In this document: positions 49,639-63,235 of the stretch, one piece after another
Numbering within the stretch: position 1 is the first letter of the stretch
How the letters are laid out: each line of letters starts with the position of its first letter
Assembly (NCBI RefSeq): GCF_001194135.2
Contig: NC_068994.1
Coordinates: forward strand, 40,535,237-40,599,236
Source of the DNA: Octopus bimaculoides
Taxonomy: Eukaryota
Reading direction: 5' to 3'
DNA length: 64,000 nucleotides
Position numbers and translations under genes: made by a program
Notes under the pieces: model-generated
What the model was told of the DNA's origin: nothing
Databases searched by the model: none
Seen by the model: the letters and a program-made list of their open reading frames with translations, nothing else

Positions 49639-50569
49639 ATGAGCTTTCATACAGTTTCTGTCTACTGAATTCACCCACAAGGCATTGGTTGGCTTAAGTC
49701 TGTAGCAGAAGACACTTGCACAAGGTGCCACGCAGTGGGACTGAACCTGGAACTGTGTGGTTGGGAAGCAAGCTTGTTACCACACAGCCACTAAGAATAT
49801 ATATACATATGTATATATATTATAGGTATTAATATATGTGTTTATATACATATGCACATACACACACACATACATACATATATATATGCATATATAGAGA
49901 GAGAGACTGAAAGAGAAAGAGAGAGGGAGAGAGACATGTGTACATACATACATACATACATGCATATATGCCTGCGTACATTTGTGTGTGTGTGTGTTTG
50001 AGAGAGAGAGGGAGAGAGAGAGGGAGAGAGAGAGAGAGGGAGAGAGAGAAAGAGATAGGGTGCGTTTGTCTGTATTTATTACAAATCAATTAAAAACCCA
50101 ATACATTGAATTAGTTAGAGTAAAGCATCTAAAACCAATTCTCAGCCTTTTAACACCACATAGATGCCACCAATCAGCTACAGAAACAATACTTTTGTCC
50201 ACACACTTAACAAGACACTAACAAAGAGAGAACGTTCATGTCACTTTAGTGATAGGTGTGGTAGCCTAATCAACTTCTACAAATTATTGATCTCAGATGT
50301 TCCAGTTGTAAAGGGTTTGGAAAAGAGAAAGAAAATAATATGAAAGGATTGTTCATTTTCTTGTGGTAGCACTTTAAATCTATGAAATGCTCTTTTTCAA
50401 GTAGACCTTTTGTTCAGTGCTCATAAAACAAGACATCCTATATTCCCTGTCAGTTATATTTATGGATGACTACCCTTTAAAACAAACATTTTATTGATAA
50501 TTGAACCCTATTGTAACCTTACCAACAACAAAGAAATCACCAATAGTGAAAGCATTATCATCATCATCA

Positions 50570-50602
<33 letters not shown>

Positions 50603-50751
50603 TTATTGTTGTTGTTGTCAATGTCCCCATCACCCTCATCACCAAAATCATCACCATTATCGTCATTATCATTATCAACATATCATCATCTCCCTTGTTT
50701 CTATCATCATCATCATTGTCATCATCGTCGTCGTCGTCGTCGTCGTCGTCG

Positions 50752-50788
<37 letters not shown>

Positions 50789-50976
50789 TATCCTTCTCAT
50801 AATTCATATGTCATGACATGTTCTGCAATTGTCATTGCTGATAGCTCATCATCATCATCATCATCCTTCTGATCACAATGACCAAAAGCATCATCCACAA
50901 CAAGACCACCACCACCACCACCATCATTATCACTGTCCCCCTAACTCTCCTGATCATCATCACCATCACCATCATC

Positions 50977-51038
<62 letters not shown>

Positions 51039-51198
51039 CAGAAACCTTGTCAATGATGGCTGTCGTGCACTCATTGTCTTAGCAAATACTTTCACTAGTT
51101 AAACTAATGTACACACACGCGCGCGCGCGCGCACACACACACACACACACACGCACACACACACACACACACACACTAACCTAACCTAACATGAACAA

Positions 51199-51236
<38 letters not shown>

Positions 51237-51246
51237 NNNNNNNNNN

Positions 51247-51299
<53 letters not shown>

Positions 51300-53164
51300 T
51301 TTCACTTTATCTCTCTGTGATCCATTATATATATCCTCTCGCTCAGTTGTTACAGTGAATATACTTTATAAACAGATAACAGTTGCTATGGTATCAACAT
51401 AAAAGCTACAAAAGAGCTGCCAACTGATATAAGCTGCTCCAATGGTTACATCAAAGTTTCTGATCTGTCATATAAATCATATCATAACTATCGTAATCAG
51501 AGCATGGCTGATATCATAGCCTGTGTATAAGTATATTAACCCCGCTACACACTTAGCTATATCTTCTTCATACAGAAGGTTCCCCTGAGAAATTTTAATT
51601 AACCATATCAATGAATGTTTCTCAGTTGAAGTTTCTTATTCTTTCAAGTCTTCAAAGATCTGATGAGTCTGAGTATGGCTATACTTTTCTGAAGAATACG
51701 TACACAGATATTGATATATATATGCATATATCTGCACGTATGTGTATGTATGTATATGTATATGCATACACACGCACACACACTCACTCACACATACACA
51801 TACGTACATGTGTCAATATATATATGCATATATGTGTGTATACAAATGCAAATGCTAATGTTATATATACATATATATGAAGTAGTATATACATACATAC
51901 ACACACACATACATATACATATTATATATATGCATATTATTATACATATATATATATATATATATATAATTTATATCTTTCTATCTATATAAATGAAATG
52001 AAAAATGAACAAAGAGAAATAATGGAGTGGACACTGGTATATATTTGAACAACAAAGACAAATAAACCCATTTCAAACACTGCATAGGATAGATTCTTGT
52101 TTTATTTAAATTATCTCTGCTTGCAGAGAAGACACTATGCTCACTTAGTGGCAGCTGGGACCAACTGCAAAGCAAAGGGAAGATAAGCTCCAGAACTGAG
52201 ACTCCTCCAAAACTGAATCACCATTAAGTGTATGATATTCTGTTAATCTGAAGACAGGAGGAGTGCTGTATACATGTGTTTCTTCATCAATGAGCATCAT
52301 CAGCACAATTGTTGCCCTAGTTTATCTCTGGTCATCACTGTCATTCAATGTCTGTCTTACATGCTGTCATGGGTTGGACAGTTTGACAGGAGCTGGTAAA
52401 CCAGAGAACTGCATCAAGCTCCACTGTCTGTTTTGGCATGGTTTTTCTAGCTGGATGCCCACCGGTAGATCAAGATATTAGACATATACAAAAACAAGTG
52501 GAACACATTTATGGCGGGAAGTAATTTGTATAGATGACCTAAAAGAAATAATTAGAGTTTCCAATGGTATGTACAGGAATAGCAATAATGAAGAAATGCT
52601 TATCATAAAGGATTCAAATTATGGCATAAAGCCATCATTTTCAGCAGTGGGGGAAGTCGATCAGATTGACCCCAGTGTTCCACTGGTATTTATTTTATCA
52701 GCCCCATAAGGACAAAAAGCAAAGTTGACCTCTACAGAATTTGAGCTCAGAACACAAAGACTGATGAATTGCTGTTAAGGATTCTGGTAGCTCACCACCT
52801 TGAAAAAGTGGCCAATAAATCTCCATAGTGAATCAAGCACTGTACCACTCAAATCCCAGCTGAGTGCTCTGAACCATGATGTTAAGATAACTCTGCATAT
52901 CAAATACTATACAAAAGATCTATTACCCTTTTGACCCTTTACCTGTTTCAGTCACTGGACTGTGGCCATGCTGGGCTCCACCTTGAAGGGTTTAGTCAAA
53001 AAGTAACCCCAGTACTAATTTTTTAAGTCAGGTACTTATTGTAGTGGCCTCTTTTACTGGACTGTGAAAGAGACCAAATGGGAAATACAAACAAACTAAC
53101 ACTACTTGTCAAGTGACAGTGGGGGAAAACACAAAGTCATACATATGCACACGTATATAAACTG

Positions 53165-53420
53165 ACATTTCATTGGTTTAGATGATAAGGGTTCCAGTTG
53201 ACCTGGTCAAGAGAACAGCCTGTTGGTGAAATTAATGTGCAAGTGGCTGAGCACTCCACAGACATGTGTGCCCTTAATGTAGTTCTCAGGGAGATTCAAC
53301 ATGACATAGAATGCGACAAGATTGGCCTTTCAAAATACCAGCACAGCCCATTTTTGCCAATGAGTGAAGTGGGGTAACGTGAAGTAAAGTATCTTATTCA
53401 AGGACACAATGTACTGCTCA
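53165..53420 (-). mobile_element. D/E-type SINE
   Basis: gggttccagttgacc...gcaagtggctgagcactccacagac...gtagttctcagggagattcaac. Confidence 0.75.
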
Positions 53421-54180
53421 TAATAAGATGATCCTCACTCATTCCTGACACTGAGGTTTTTCTGAAGCTAGGATCACATCAATCCAAGCCATGCTTATTA
53501 GGAAGCAACTATGGTGGGCTGGCCATCTCATCCATATAGATTATGAGTGAATCTCCAAGCAAATGTTTTAATGTGTTATGGTGAGCACGTGCAGAGAAAG
53601 AGAAAAGTTGTAAGTTGAAAAGTGATAGAAAGTCCCTTTAAAATTAAATTTGAAATGTTTTGAATTATGTTTCAAAAGTCTCAAATCACTTTCAGTAGTT
53701 AGAAAAGTGTGGAGAGCTATGGTCTGGAGCAGTGTTAAAGATTCTGAGCACGACAGAATTAAGTACACTCCAATGAAAAGTCCACAAAAATGTGATTAAT
53801 AACATTTCGAATGTTTCTCATTCTTTCTTTAAATGTTCCTCATGCACAAAAGTATGCATGTCTCATGCTGATATGAGTACATTCCAGTGTGTCCACGCAA
53901 GTAAGGCACACATGAACTATTGGAATTTTATTCCAGATAGCCAATTCCAGTACTACTTTTGGCAAAAACTTACAAGTCATGTGGAAGATTGAAGCAGCAC
54001 TTAGACATAATAAACAAGCAGAAAATGGAGCCAATTCTGAAATGAAACACTGCTGCAAGTATTTGTAATCAGCTCTTCAAACTGTTTTCAAGACTCAAAA
54101 ATCATTTAAGATTTCACACCAGGAATGAGAAACATATTTACACACAAACTGAAGCTCAATTAAACAGACATATATATATA

Positions 54181-54490
54181 TCATCATCGTCGTTTAACGT
54201 CCGCTTTCCATGCTAGCATGGGTTGGACGATTTGACTGAGGACTGGTGAAACCGGATGGCAACACCAGGCTCCAATCTAATTTGGCAGAGTTTCTACAGC
54301 TGGATGCCCTTCCTAACGCCAACCACTCAGAGAGTGTAGTGGGTGCTTTTACGTGTCACCCGCACGAAAACGGCCACGCTCGAAAATGGTGTCTTTTATG
54401 TGCCACCCGCACAAGCCAGTCCAGGGGCACTGGCAACGATCTCACTCGAAAATCCTACGGGAGCCAGTCAGGCGGTACTGGCAACGGCCA
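54181..54490 (-). mobile_element. Young family C (RTE-tail) repeat
   Basis: catcgtcgtttaacgtccgctttccatgctagcatgggttggacg...; CpGs retained. Confidence 0.85.
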
Positions 54491-54528
<38 letters not shown>

Positions 54529-55203
54529 TTAATATATATATATATGTGTGTGTGTCTATGTATGTATATATATATATTTAAAGAGAGTAAGACAGAGCCA
54601 GAGAAACAGAGGGAGAAAGATAGACAGAAAGACAGATAACCCGACAATTTATATATGGAGGTGATACAAGTGACTTGTTATTTCTATTGTCGGATATTAT
54701 ATTTGAGACTTGATATATTAAAAGACGATGATTCAACTTGTTAAGATATATGGATATGCATAACAGAGCTTAGCTATTTTTAATGTGTTTTTCATTTTTC
54801 TCACTTTCTGTTTAATGTTCTAATTTGGAAGATTTAAAAATACTTACAGGAAAGTAGGCAAGACATAAAAGGCTATATTTGCTAAACTATACATCAATAG
54901 CTGCATATAGACACACACAACAAACATTGAGCTACATAGATTCAAGACCTCATATAGAATCAAATATAGTTGTACATGGTTATAAGAGCTCATAACATAT
55001 ACTAATGTGGACAACTAGAATAGAACTTTAGATAGCTAAGTAGCACTACGTACTAATACAAACATATTTACACACAAATTGAAGCTCAATTAAACAGACA
55101 TATATGCAGACTTTTATGATCATTCAGAAATGTTCATATGCACATAGCTCTTGTGTATCTGTATATGTGTGTGTGCGTATGTGTCAATGTTTAAAGATAT
55201 TTA

Positions 55204-55239
<36 letters not shown>

Positions 55240-55488
55240 TATACTCAAGCAATGTACTTCTGTGTAGTTTCAGTCTACTAAATCCACTTACTATTGTAAC
55301 TATAGTAGCTACTTTAAGGATATAGTAGAAGATCTTTGCTTAAGGTACCATGCAACAGTACTAAGCTCACACTATAACCATATGTTCGCAAAGTGAACTT
55401 CTTCATCACACTGCTATGCTGGTTTCTCTCTGTATATGTGTGTATATCTCTGTCTGTCTGTCTCTTTCTCTCTCTCCCCCTCTCTCTT

Positions 55489-55522
<34 letters not shown>

Positions 55523-55529
55523 CATATAT

Positions 55530-55994
55530 ATTTTCAAAATACATCTCCAAATGTAACCATATGTGAATCATTGCCAATTTTTTCCCTCCATCTTCCTTTT
55601 CTATTGGGCTTTCCTCTGTCTCCTGTTTCTGACGAAGATCTTTGCTCAAAATGTAAAACCACCTTTATTTCCTTCTCCGAGCTAATACTTTACATGTACC
55701 ACATACTTGCGTTGTTGTGTATTTTTTGTGTTTGTTCTTTGCCTTTTGGGGGATTTATATATATATATATTTTCTTTTAAAATACATCTTCAAAATGTAA
55801 CCACATGTGAATCGCTGGCAATTTTTTCACTCCATCTTCCTTTCCTATTGGACTTTCTTCTGTCACCTGTTTCTGAAGAAGAGCTTTGCTCAAAACATAA
55901 AACCACCTTTATTTCCTTCTCTGAGCATCTGCTAATACTTTACATGTACTACGTATTCGCGCTGTTGTGTTTCTTTGTGCTTGTTCTTCGTTTT
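55530..55994 (+). mobile_element. Tandem pair of ~245-bp Penelope-like/retrozyme-like units, each with a decayed minimal HHR
   Basis: Units at about 55530-55755 and 55775-55994. HHR1 is GTTT-CTGACGA-A-GATCTTTGCTC-AAAA-TGT-A-AAAC (core from 55629); HHR2 is GTTT-CTGAAGA-A-GAGCTTTGCTC-AAAA-CAT-A-AAAC (core from 55873). Confidence 0.7.
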
Positions 55995-56150
55995 ATATAT
56001 ATATATATATATATATGTATTGTGACAGAGGCAGTATTAATACTTAAAGATAACATTTATCCCTACCTAAACTATGAGAAATTATTGCCCTGTTTTACGA
56101 GTTTTTGCTTTACAAGTGGTCTGTGGGAGTAAATTAACTTGTATATTGTG

Positions 56151-56212
<62 letters not shown>

Positions 56213-56722
56213 CTGTCTGTGTCTGTCTGTATATATGTATATGTGTATATAATCTATATGCTTATCTAAACAGACTGTAAATAGGCATGATTTTTATACT
56301 TAATTGCAGGTACATGAAGAGAGAACAAAGATTAACTAGTGTATATATCTTCATATATATGCCCTTCTATATATGCTTATGCATTGAAAAACACCCACAA
56401 AGTTTCACACACAAATACACACACACACACATACACAGAGTTATAATAGCATGCATGTATATACATGTACAAATGAGTAGACATTAATGGATCATTAGAA
56501 AGAAAACAATTTGGAAAGGCACACACACACATACACACATATATATATTTATATTAATGTCAGTAAAAATGAAGACTAGGATAAGATTGGTAAACTGGTT
56601 GTTACTTTAGCCAGTTGAAACTCAAGTACTGCTACCAGTTAAACTTATACAATTAAATACAAAAACAAACTCTCAGAATGTAGAGGCTATCCATGACGAT
56701 AGAGAATGGTGTTATAAGATGA

Positions 56723-56926
56723 ATAATTGACAAGAAAGAAGAAAGAAAACTCAAAGAAGTAATTGTCAAAAATATACGTGACTTTGGAGCTGGAAATTCA
56801 CAAAGTAGCATATTCAGCAGAAATTTAGTTCAATATGCGTGCCTTAACTGTCATAAGGAGTTCAACTTGAAACACAAATTCTCTGACTTTGGTCGGCACT
56901 ACAAAATTTCAGTGTTGTATATGTAG
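56723..56926 (+). pseudogene. Stop-free frame resembling a pogo/CENP-B-type HTH transposase segment
   Basis: IIDKKEERKLKEVIVKNIRDFGAGNSQSSIFSRNLVQYACLNCHKEFNLKHKFSDFGRHY loosely follows EE..L...I..M...GFG.......LA.+YA..N..H.FN; the similarity is recalled, not computed. Confidence 0.3.
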
Positions 56927-57198
56927 TCTAAGAGTCATCATATTACAGTAGCATGGTATGTCTAGGATGTTCTGGGTGGCTGGTGGAAGTAAAAATTATT
57001 GTTTTTACCAGAAGAATTTAATCATCTCTAGTAAAGTGGGATTAAATTGCTACATTTAAATATATACAAGCACGTATGCACACACTCATTTAGATGCACT
57101 CACAGATTCTTGAAATTGTTCAATATGTTGTTGTGATAGTTTATTTGTGTGTATGTATATATGTATAGTGTGCCCACAACATATGTCTCTGTCTATTC

Positions 57199-57238
<40 letters not shown>

Positions 57239-57505
57239 GTCTATCTATCTATCTAACTTTCTGTCTGTCTTTCTTTCTTTCTTTCTGTCTTTCTCTCTGT
57301 CTGCCTGTCTGTCTATCTATTTATCTATCTATATTTAATTTACTATATATCTATATATACTGGCATATAGATATGCACAGATACACAGATATATGCTGTT
57401 TACATATGACTATGAGTATAAACTGTATACATATACACAAGCATAAGTAAAAAAATATATATATATATATATTTTTATGTGTGTTGTATGTGTGTGGTGT
57501 GTGTG

Positions 57506-57574
<69 letters not shown>

Positions 57575-57759
57575 ATGCATACGAGTGTTTGACTCTACAT
57601 ATGAAGGTAAAAACTAATCATTGCATATGGTAGAGAATTTATATGAATTTTTTTTTAAGGGTTCCATTTCTGGCTACTTTGAGTTTTACTTCTCTTTTTT
57701 TTCTTCTTTTTGAACATTTATGCATGTATGGTAATAACTATCTCTATGGGTATATGTAT

Positions 57760-58065
57760 ATGTACATCATGTGGTCATGTGATTGCCCACACTATCAGAT
57801 GTTGTTACACATTGCAGGTCACAATGTCTTTGCACCATTTTAGCTTGTGGATAGTGCCATGTTCCTGTCTAGGAGAGCAGGTCACCAATCCCTTTCATCG
57901 GAAGACTACTCTGTCACAGAGTTACCCATTTGTAGCTGAGTAGACTCGAGTAACATGAAATGAAGTATTTTGCTGAAGGACACAACATAAAGCTCAGTGT
58001 CTGCGAATTGAACCCATGATCTAGGGATTATGGGTACGACTCTAACCACTCCACCATCAACCTTC
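57760..58065 (-). mobile_element. tRNA-headed SINE with D-type core and a distinct tail
   Basis: The reverse complement has gtggttagagtcg..., gggttcaattcgc and the core gttactcgagtctactcagctacaaatgggta. Confidence 0.6.
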
Positions 58066-58747
58066 ATATGTGTACAAATATACATGTGTGTGTGTATATA
58101 TATATATATATATGCATTTCTGGGTACAAGACGTCACCAACAGCAAACAACATGAAATATGAAAACAAATGAGTTGAATATGCAGACGAGAGAAAAAATG
58201 GAAAACAGGACAAGTAATACAAAGAACGACTCTTCATCAGTTGTCGGCTGTCTATCTATTCCACATTTTGAGCAATATATAAATATATATATACTATGTA
58301 TGTACGTACATATGCATAAATGTCATGATTNNNNNNNNNNNNNNNNNNNNNNNNNNNNNNNNNNNNNNNNNNNNNNNNNNNNNNNNNNNNNNNNNNNNNN
58401 NNNNNNNNNNNNNNNNNNNNNNNNNNNNNNNNNNNNNNNNNNNNNNNNNNNNNNNNNNNNNNNNNNNNNNNNNNNNNNNNNNNNNNNNNNNNNNNNNNNN
58501 NNNNNNNNNNNNNNNNNNNNNNNNNNNNNNNNNNNNNNNNNNNNNNNNNNNNNNNNNNNNNNNNNNNNNNNNNNNNNNNNNNNNNNNNNNNNNNNNNNNN
58601 NNNNNNNNNNNNNNNNNNNNNNNNNNNNNNNNNNNNNNNNNNNNNNNNNNNNNNNNNNNNNNNNNNNNNNNNNNNNNNNNNNNNNTATATAGAGAGAGAG
58701 AGAGAGAGAGATAGATACAGGCATATATACATACAAACATACATACA

Positions 58748-58778
<31 letters not shown>

Positions 58779-59753
58779 GTGTGTAGCTTAAGTGATATGT
58801 ATTTAATACAGATACTAAAGTTTAGGAGAAGAAAAGAGAAGAAAACTTCAAAAAACTTTTTAAAATAATTTTAAATTGATTAAGTAAAAGTAAAAGTTGA
58901 ATGAGTCAGGTGAATAGTTAAGACATTAAAATCAGAAACAAATACAATAGCACAATCGATATTGGTGAAAAGAAAAGACAATAAGGGTAATAATAGCTTA
59001 ATAGCTCGAAAAAGTAAAGGATAAAAAATGAGAAAAAAATACTGCTTGAAAGATTCGATAGCATTGTTAAAGAAAATAAGATAAAAAAAAAATATCAGGG
59101 AGAAGAAAATGGAAAGAAGAATGTTGAGGAGTATGTAGCAGAGTAGTCTGTATGTGTATGAGTGTGGAAAAATATGTTCATGTGTGTATGTGTGTGTGAA
59201 GCAACCTATTGAGTTGATAAGATGATAGGGAGCTGAGATTCAGATAAAGGGGTGTAGTGAATGCCAGAGAAGATGTATTCATTAGAATGAAGGAAAGTGT
59301 GGGAAGAGGCATTTGTGTGTAAGGATGGAGTAGAAGAAAGTATGGGATGCGGTCAATGACAGAATGAAGGAAGACAACCAAAGACAGAAGTCTAATCGAT
59401 AATTGTGATGATGAATAAGACATGACTGTTGGACGAGAGATGGCAGATGATCATGAAAAAAAAAATAACAATAACAACAAATCACAAAAATTTGGGAAAA
59501 GAAAGCCAAACAAAATGGTTAGTGTGTGTGTGTGTGTGTGTGTCGGTTGGTGCATGTTCTTGTGTAAGTGAGTGAATGTGAGAGAGAGAAAGTGCTAGAA
59601 AGAAAGTAACACACACACGCACATGCACGCACACACACACACTCACACACACTCACTCACATGCCCGCACACACACATATATATATACACACACATATAT
59701 GTATATGTATATGTGTATATAAATATGTGTATATATATATATGTGTATGTATG

Positions 59754-59784
<31 letters not shown>

Positions 59785-60679
59785 GCATATATATATATGT
59801 GTGTGTGTATGTATGTATATATGTATATANNNNNNNNNNNNNNNNNNNNNNNNNNNNNNNNNNNNNNNNNNNNNNNNNNNNNNNNNNNNNNNNNNNNNNN
59901 NNNNNNNNNNNNNNNNNNNNNNNNNNNNNNNNNNNNNNNNNNNNNNNNNNNNNNNNNNNNNNNNNNNNNNNNNNNNNNNNNNNNNNNNNNNNNNNNNNNN
60001 NNNNNNNNNNNNNNNNNNNNNNNNNNNNNNNNNNNNNNNNNNNNNNNNNNNNNNNNNNNNNNNNNNNNNNNNNGGTAAAGACAGTCAATAACAGCTACAT
60101 TTGCTGATGTCAATGAGCAGCCTGACAGAAAGATGACAAGAGTCCATTGGTGGTAGTAACATGAAAGACAAACAAGAAAAGTCTCTGTCTAAGAATAAAA
60201 CAAATACATGTATGCAAAAAAAAATACCCCAAGAATAGATAAAAATCAGAAGATAGTGTTTAAAAAATAAAAGAAATTTTCAATCAATAATGAAACAAAG
60301 AAGCAAAAAAAAAAAAAGAAACCCCAGAACATAGTAATCAACTCCTCTTCTGGAAAGGTAAAGATAGAAGGAAAAAATAAGACAGGAGAAAATGGAAATA
60401 AAATGATATTATTTGATTTAGTGCAGTTGTTGGTGAGAAAGATGTGCAACCAATCATTTCGACTTAATCTCTAATAAATTTGATAGAATAATCAACACTT
60501 CACATTTATCAGCTTCCTTTAAAAAAAACAAAAGCTATTCCAGCAATTTGTCTAATATTATATATAGCTAAGTTATAATATCGTATTCCATTTTGCAATA
60601 TCTGTGACTCCTTCAATTTTTTTTTCATTTTTCAATATATTTATTTATTTTATATTTTATTTATATATTATTTTTCTTG

Positions 60680-60908
60680 CTAATATTATAATTATTATTT
60701 AGTAGTTTTATATTTATTATGTGGTTTCACTACACTACAGAGCAGAGCTCGGTCTGCCTTGGGTATGTGCTGTGGTTTGTTTTAGTGTTGTTATATTTAC
60801 TGTGTTGAAACAGATTTACTTAGGATGTGTGAGGTGCCTAGCAGTGCTATTTTGTGTATATTATATATTTTTGTAAGTCCTAACATACAGAAAATAGCAC
60901 TGTTAGGC
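60680..60908 (-). pseudogene. R4/Dong-type LINE 3' end with a short inverted duplication
   Basis: Minus ORF ends LGLTKIYNIHKIALLGTSHILSKSVSTQ*; the 3' UTR trails into TAA-rich sequence. Confidence 0.7.
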
Positions 60909-61584
60909 CCATTACCACTAAGGTTACAAGTTGGTAGAGTCATCAGCATGCCAGACAAAATGCTTACTAGTCTTTCAACTGTCTTCATGCTCTGAGTGCA
61001 AATCCTGTCAAGCAGTGGCACTGAACCTGGAAACAAGTGCTTGGGAAGAAAAGAAAAAACTTCACATTAGCATCACCAAATTAAACTCACTTCCCGGCCA
61101 AGTGAATTTTCTTTTTCTTCATAATGACATCTCACTAAAATATGGAGTCATATCAACTTTCCTAGCTTCATAAAATAAACACAGAGAAGTCACCAAGGTT
61201 ACATAATTTATTCATGAACAAAAGAAATAAATAAACAGTGTGTTTCTCCTACTGAGTCCCAGAAAAGATAAGCCATGATGTGGTCTCATACAGCTGATTA
61301 TAAATGTTTTTATCACCTTCATGTAACTTGAAAGTATGCTCTGATACATCTTTACCACCAATATCTGTCTCTTTTCAAGGTGGCAAGCTGGCAGAAATGT
61401 TAACACTCCAGGCAAAATGCTTAGCATTGTCTTTCATCCTTTCAGGCTCAATTAAATAAGTACCAGTTACACACTGGGTTGATGTAATTGACTTAATTCA
61501 TTGTCCTTGTTTGCCTCTCTATGTGGTCTATAAAGAAATAAACATCTGTCTCTTTTCTAGCCCCGGCAACCATGTCTCTTTCTT

Positions 61585-61858
61585 ACGGCAAGTCATTTGC
61601 ATGTGTGTGAAGGTGCATGGTTACGGTGCTGAACTCATGATCATAAGATTGTGGTTTCAATTCCTGGACTGGGCAACAAATTTTTCTTCTTGAGTAAAAC
61701 ACTTCATTTTGCTTCGCTCCAGTCCACTCAGCTGACAAAAGTGGGTAATCTTGTGATGGACCAGCGTCCTGTCCAGGTGGGGGAATATCTATGCCATGAA
61801 ACTGGGAAACCGGTCCTTATGAGTCAGCATGACTCAAGAAGTTAACTTTACCTTTACT
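61585..61858 (+). mobile_element. D-type head/core SINE with an alternative tail (similar copy at about 41210-41460)
   Basis: gtggtttcaattcctggac...gctccagtccactcagctg...catccc/gtcctgtccagg...ccttatgagtc. Confidence 0.65.
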
Positions 61859-62909
61859 TGTTCCTGTCTCTCTATCATTCTTCAACTTCTCATCACCTGG
61901 CATAAAACCACTGCCTCAGTTCAGGAGGTGCATACTGAAGGTCACTTGGAGATCTTACAGATGCCTGTACCATGGAAAAGCAACCCTTCCCACCCCACAC
62001 CAATTTTGGAGGCTCTGCAACAGTTGTGGTGGTGGTAGTTTTTCAACATCTTATGACCATGCTTTAACAAAAAGATTTTTTTTCTTTTTAATGTGTTTAT
62101 TAGAATATTTTCTATTGATTTTATTTTTCTGCCTCATTCCTTGTGAGTTTATATTCTAAAAAAAAAAAAAAATCAATAAAAACTTACTACAGTTATTCAA
62201 AGAATCAATCACTTAATTCAAGCTTCCTCTAAAATATTTAATAAACTTCTCACCTTTACTTTAATAAACTGAATAAGATATTGTCATAGATTCAATAAAG
62301 TGGTCAGCTGATATTTCATGCTTGGAGATACGATATTTTGATCATAGCCAAAAGGTTAAGAAGCAATTTAAGTTTGAAAGATGAGAAGAAGCAACATAGA
62401 CAAAGGCATTTTGCCAAAAGAGTGATATAAGATATCGGCAAGTACTTATTGCCAATAAAGTCAGTAAATTAGCTAGACCCTTATTAATTTTACAGACACC
62501 ATTATAAAATATAACAGAGCCTTTACATAGTTACTCAATCTACTAGAAAGAACAGCTAAATTTCCCTTAGATCATATTCTACTTCTTTAAAGCCCTTTAG
62601 CATTCAGATTGTTCTATCAAACGTAACATTTATTCACACATTGTCTTGAATTTATTTTGCATTATCCTGTAGCCTTGAAATTTTGATTATGTGACTGTAT
62701 ATTATTTAGTTTAACATTGTAGGTAGGTGTGAAATGCCTGCTTGCACATAAAACAGGAAGAATATTTTGGCTGGATATGACCAGTTTAAAAGCTAAAAGG
62801 TTAAATATTTTATAACTAAGTCAATGCCGGATGATATAGTGTAAGATACCGTGCTGCAGGTTTTACAGAATCAGGTATATTTTGGAGATAATCAGTAGCA
62901 ACAGGAGAA

Positions 62910-63235
62910 AAATTTGCAGATGTAGGTATGTGTTTAAGTTTGCTTTGTAACTACAAGGTTTCAGGTTCAGTCCCACTGAGCAGAACCTTGGGCAAGTGTC
63001 TTCTATAGTAACTCCATTAATGATCAATGACTGCCTTGCTAATGAATTTAGTAGATGGAAACTGTGTGGTAACCCATCAGGTGTATTTGTGTGTGTGTAT
63101 GGTTTTGTGCTTTTGTTTCTCACCCACCCTGCACTGCTAGACATCTAGGGTTTATTTGTTTGATTAAACCTTTCTAGGTGGTACCCCAGCAGGATCGCAG
63201 TCCAGTGACTGAAACAAGTAAAAGATAAAAGAAAG
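62910..63235 (+). mobile_element. SINE family B, decayed
   Basis: ggttcagtcccactg...accttgggcaagtgtcttctatag...gtccagtgactgaaacaagtaaaagataaaag. Confidence 0.75.

Larger units (their letters stand above)
4020..60073. other. Assembly gaps (N runs), most next to microsatellites
   Basis: Approximately 4020-4057, 18235-18633, 19735-20142, 27694-27836, 36310-37217, 39159-39494, 39770-39836, 46522-46530, 49337-49604, 51237-51246, 58330-58685 and 59830-60073. Confidence 0.95.

Noticed and set aside
51199-51295. Duplicated atg(tc)n on both sides of a 10-N gap
   Set aside because: Typical scaffolding overlap artefact.
53937-54068. 43-codon open frame after a good acceptor (ttattccag|)
   Set aside because: The length is within chance expectation, the donor is weak and no domain was recognised.
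58225-58285. Minus-strand CTGATGAAGAG with an upstream GCTCAAAA
   Set aside because: The elements are in permuted order and stems I and III could not be formed; at most a scrambled Penelope-like remnant.
2900-60908. Apparent minus-strand excess of LINE relics, suggesting a plus-strand host intron
   Set aside because: Too few independent elements, and several are on the plus strand; not convincing.
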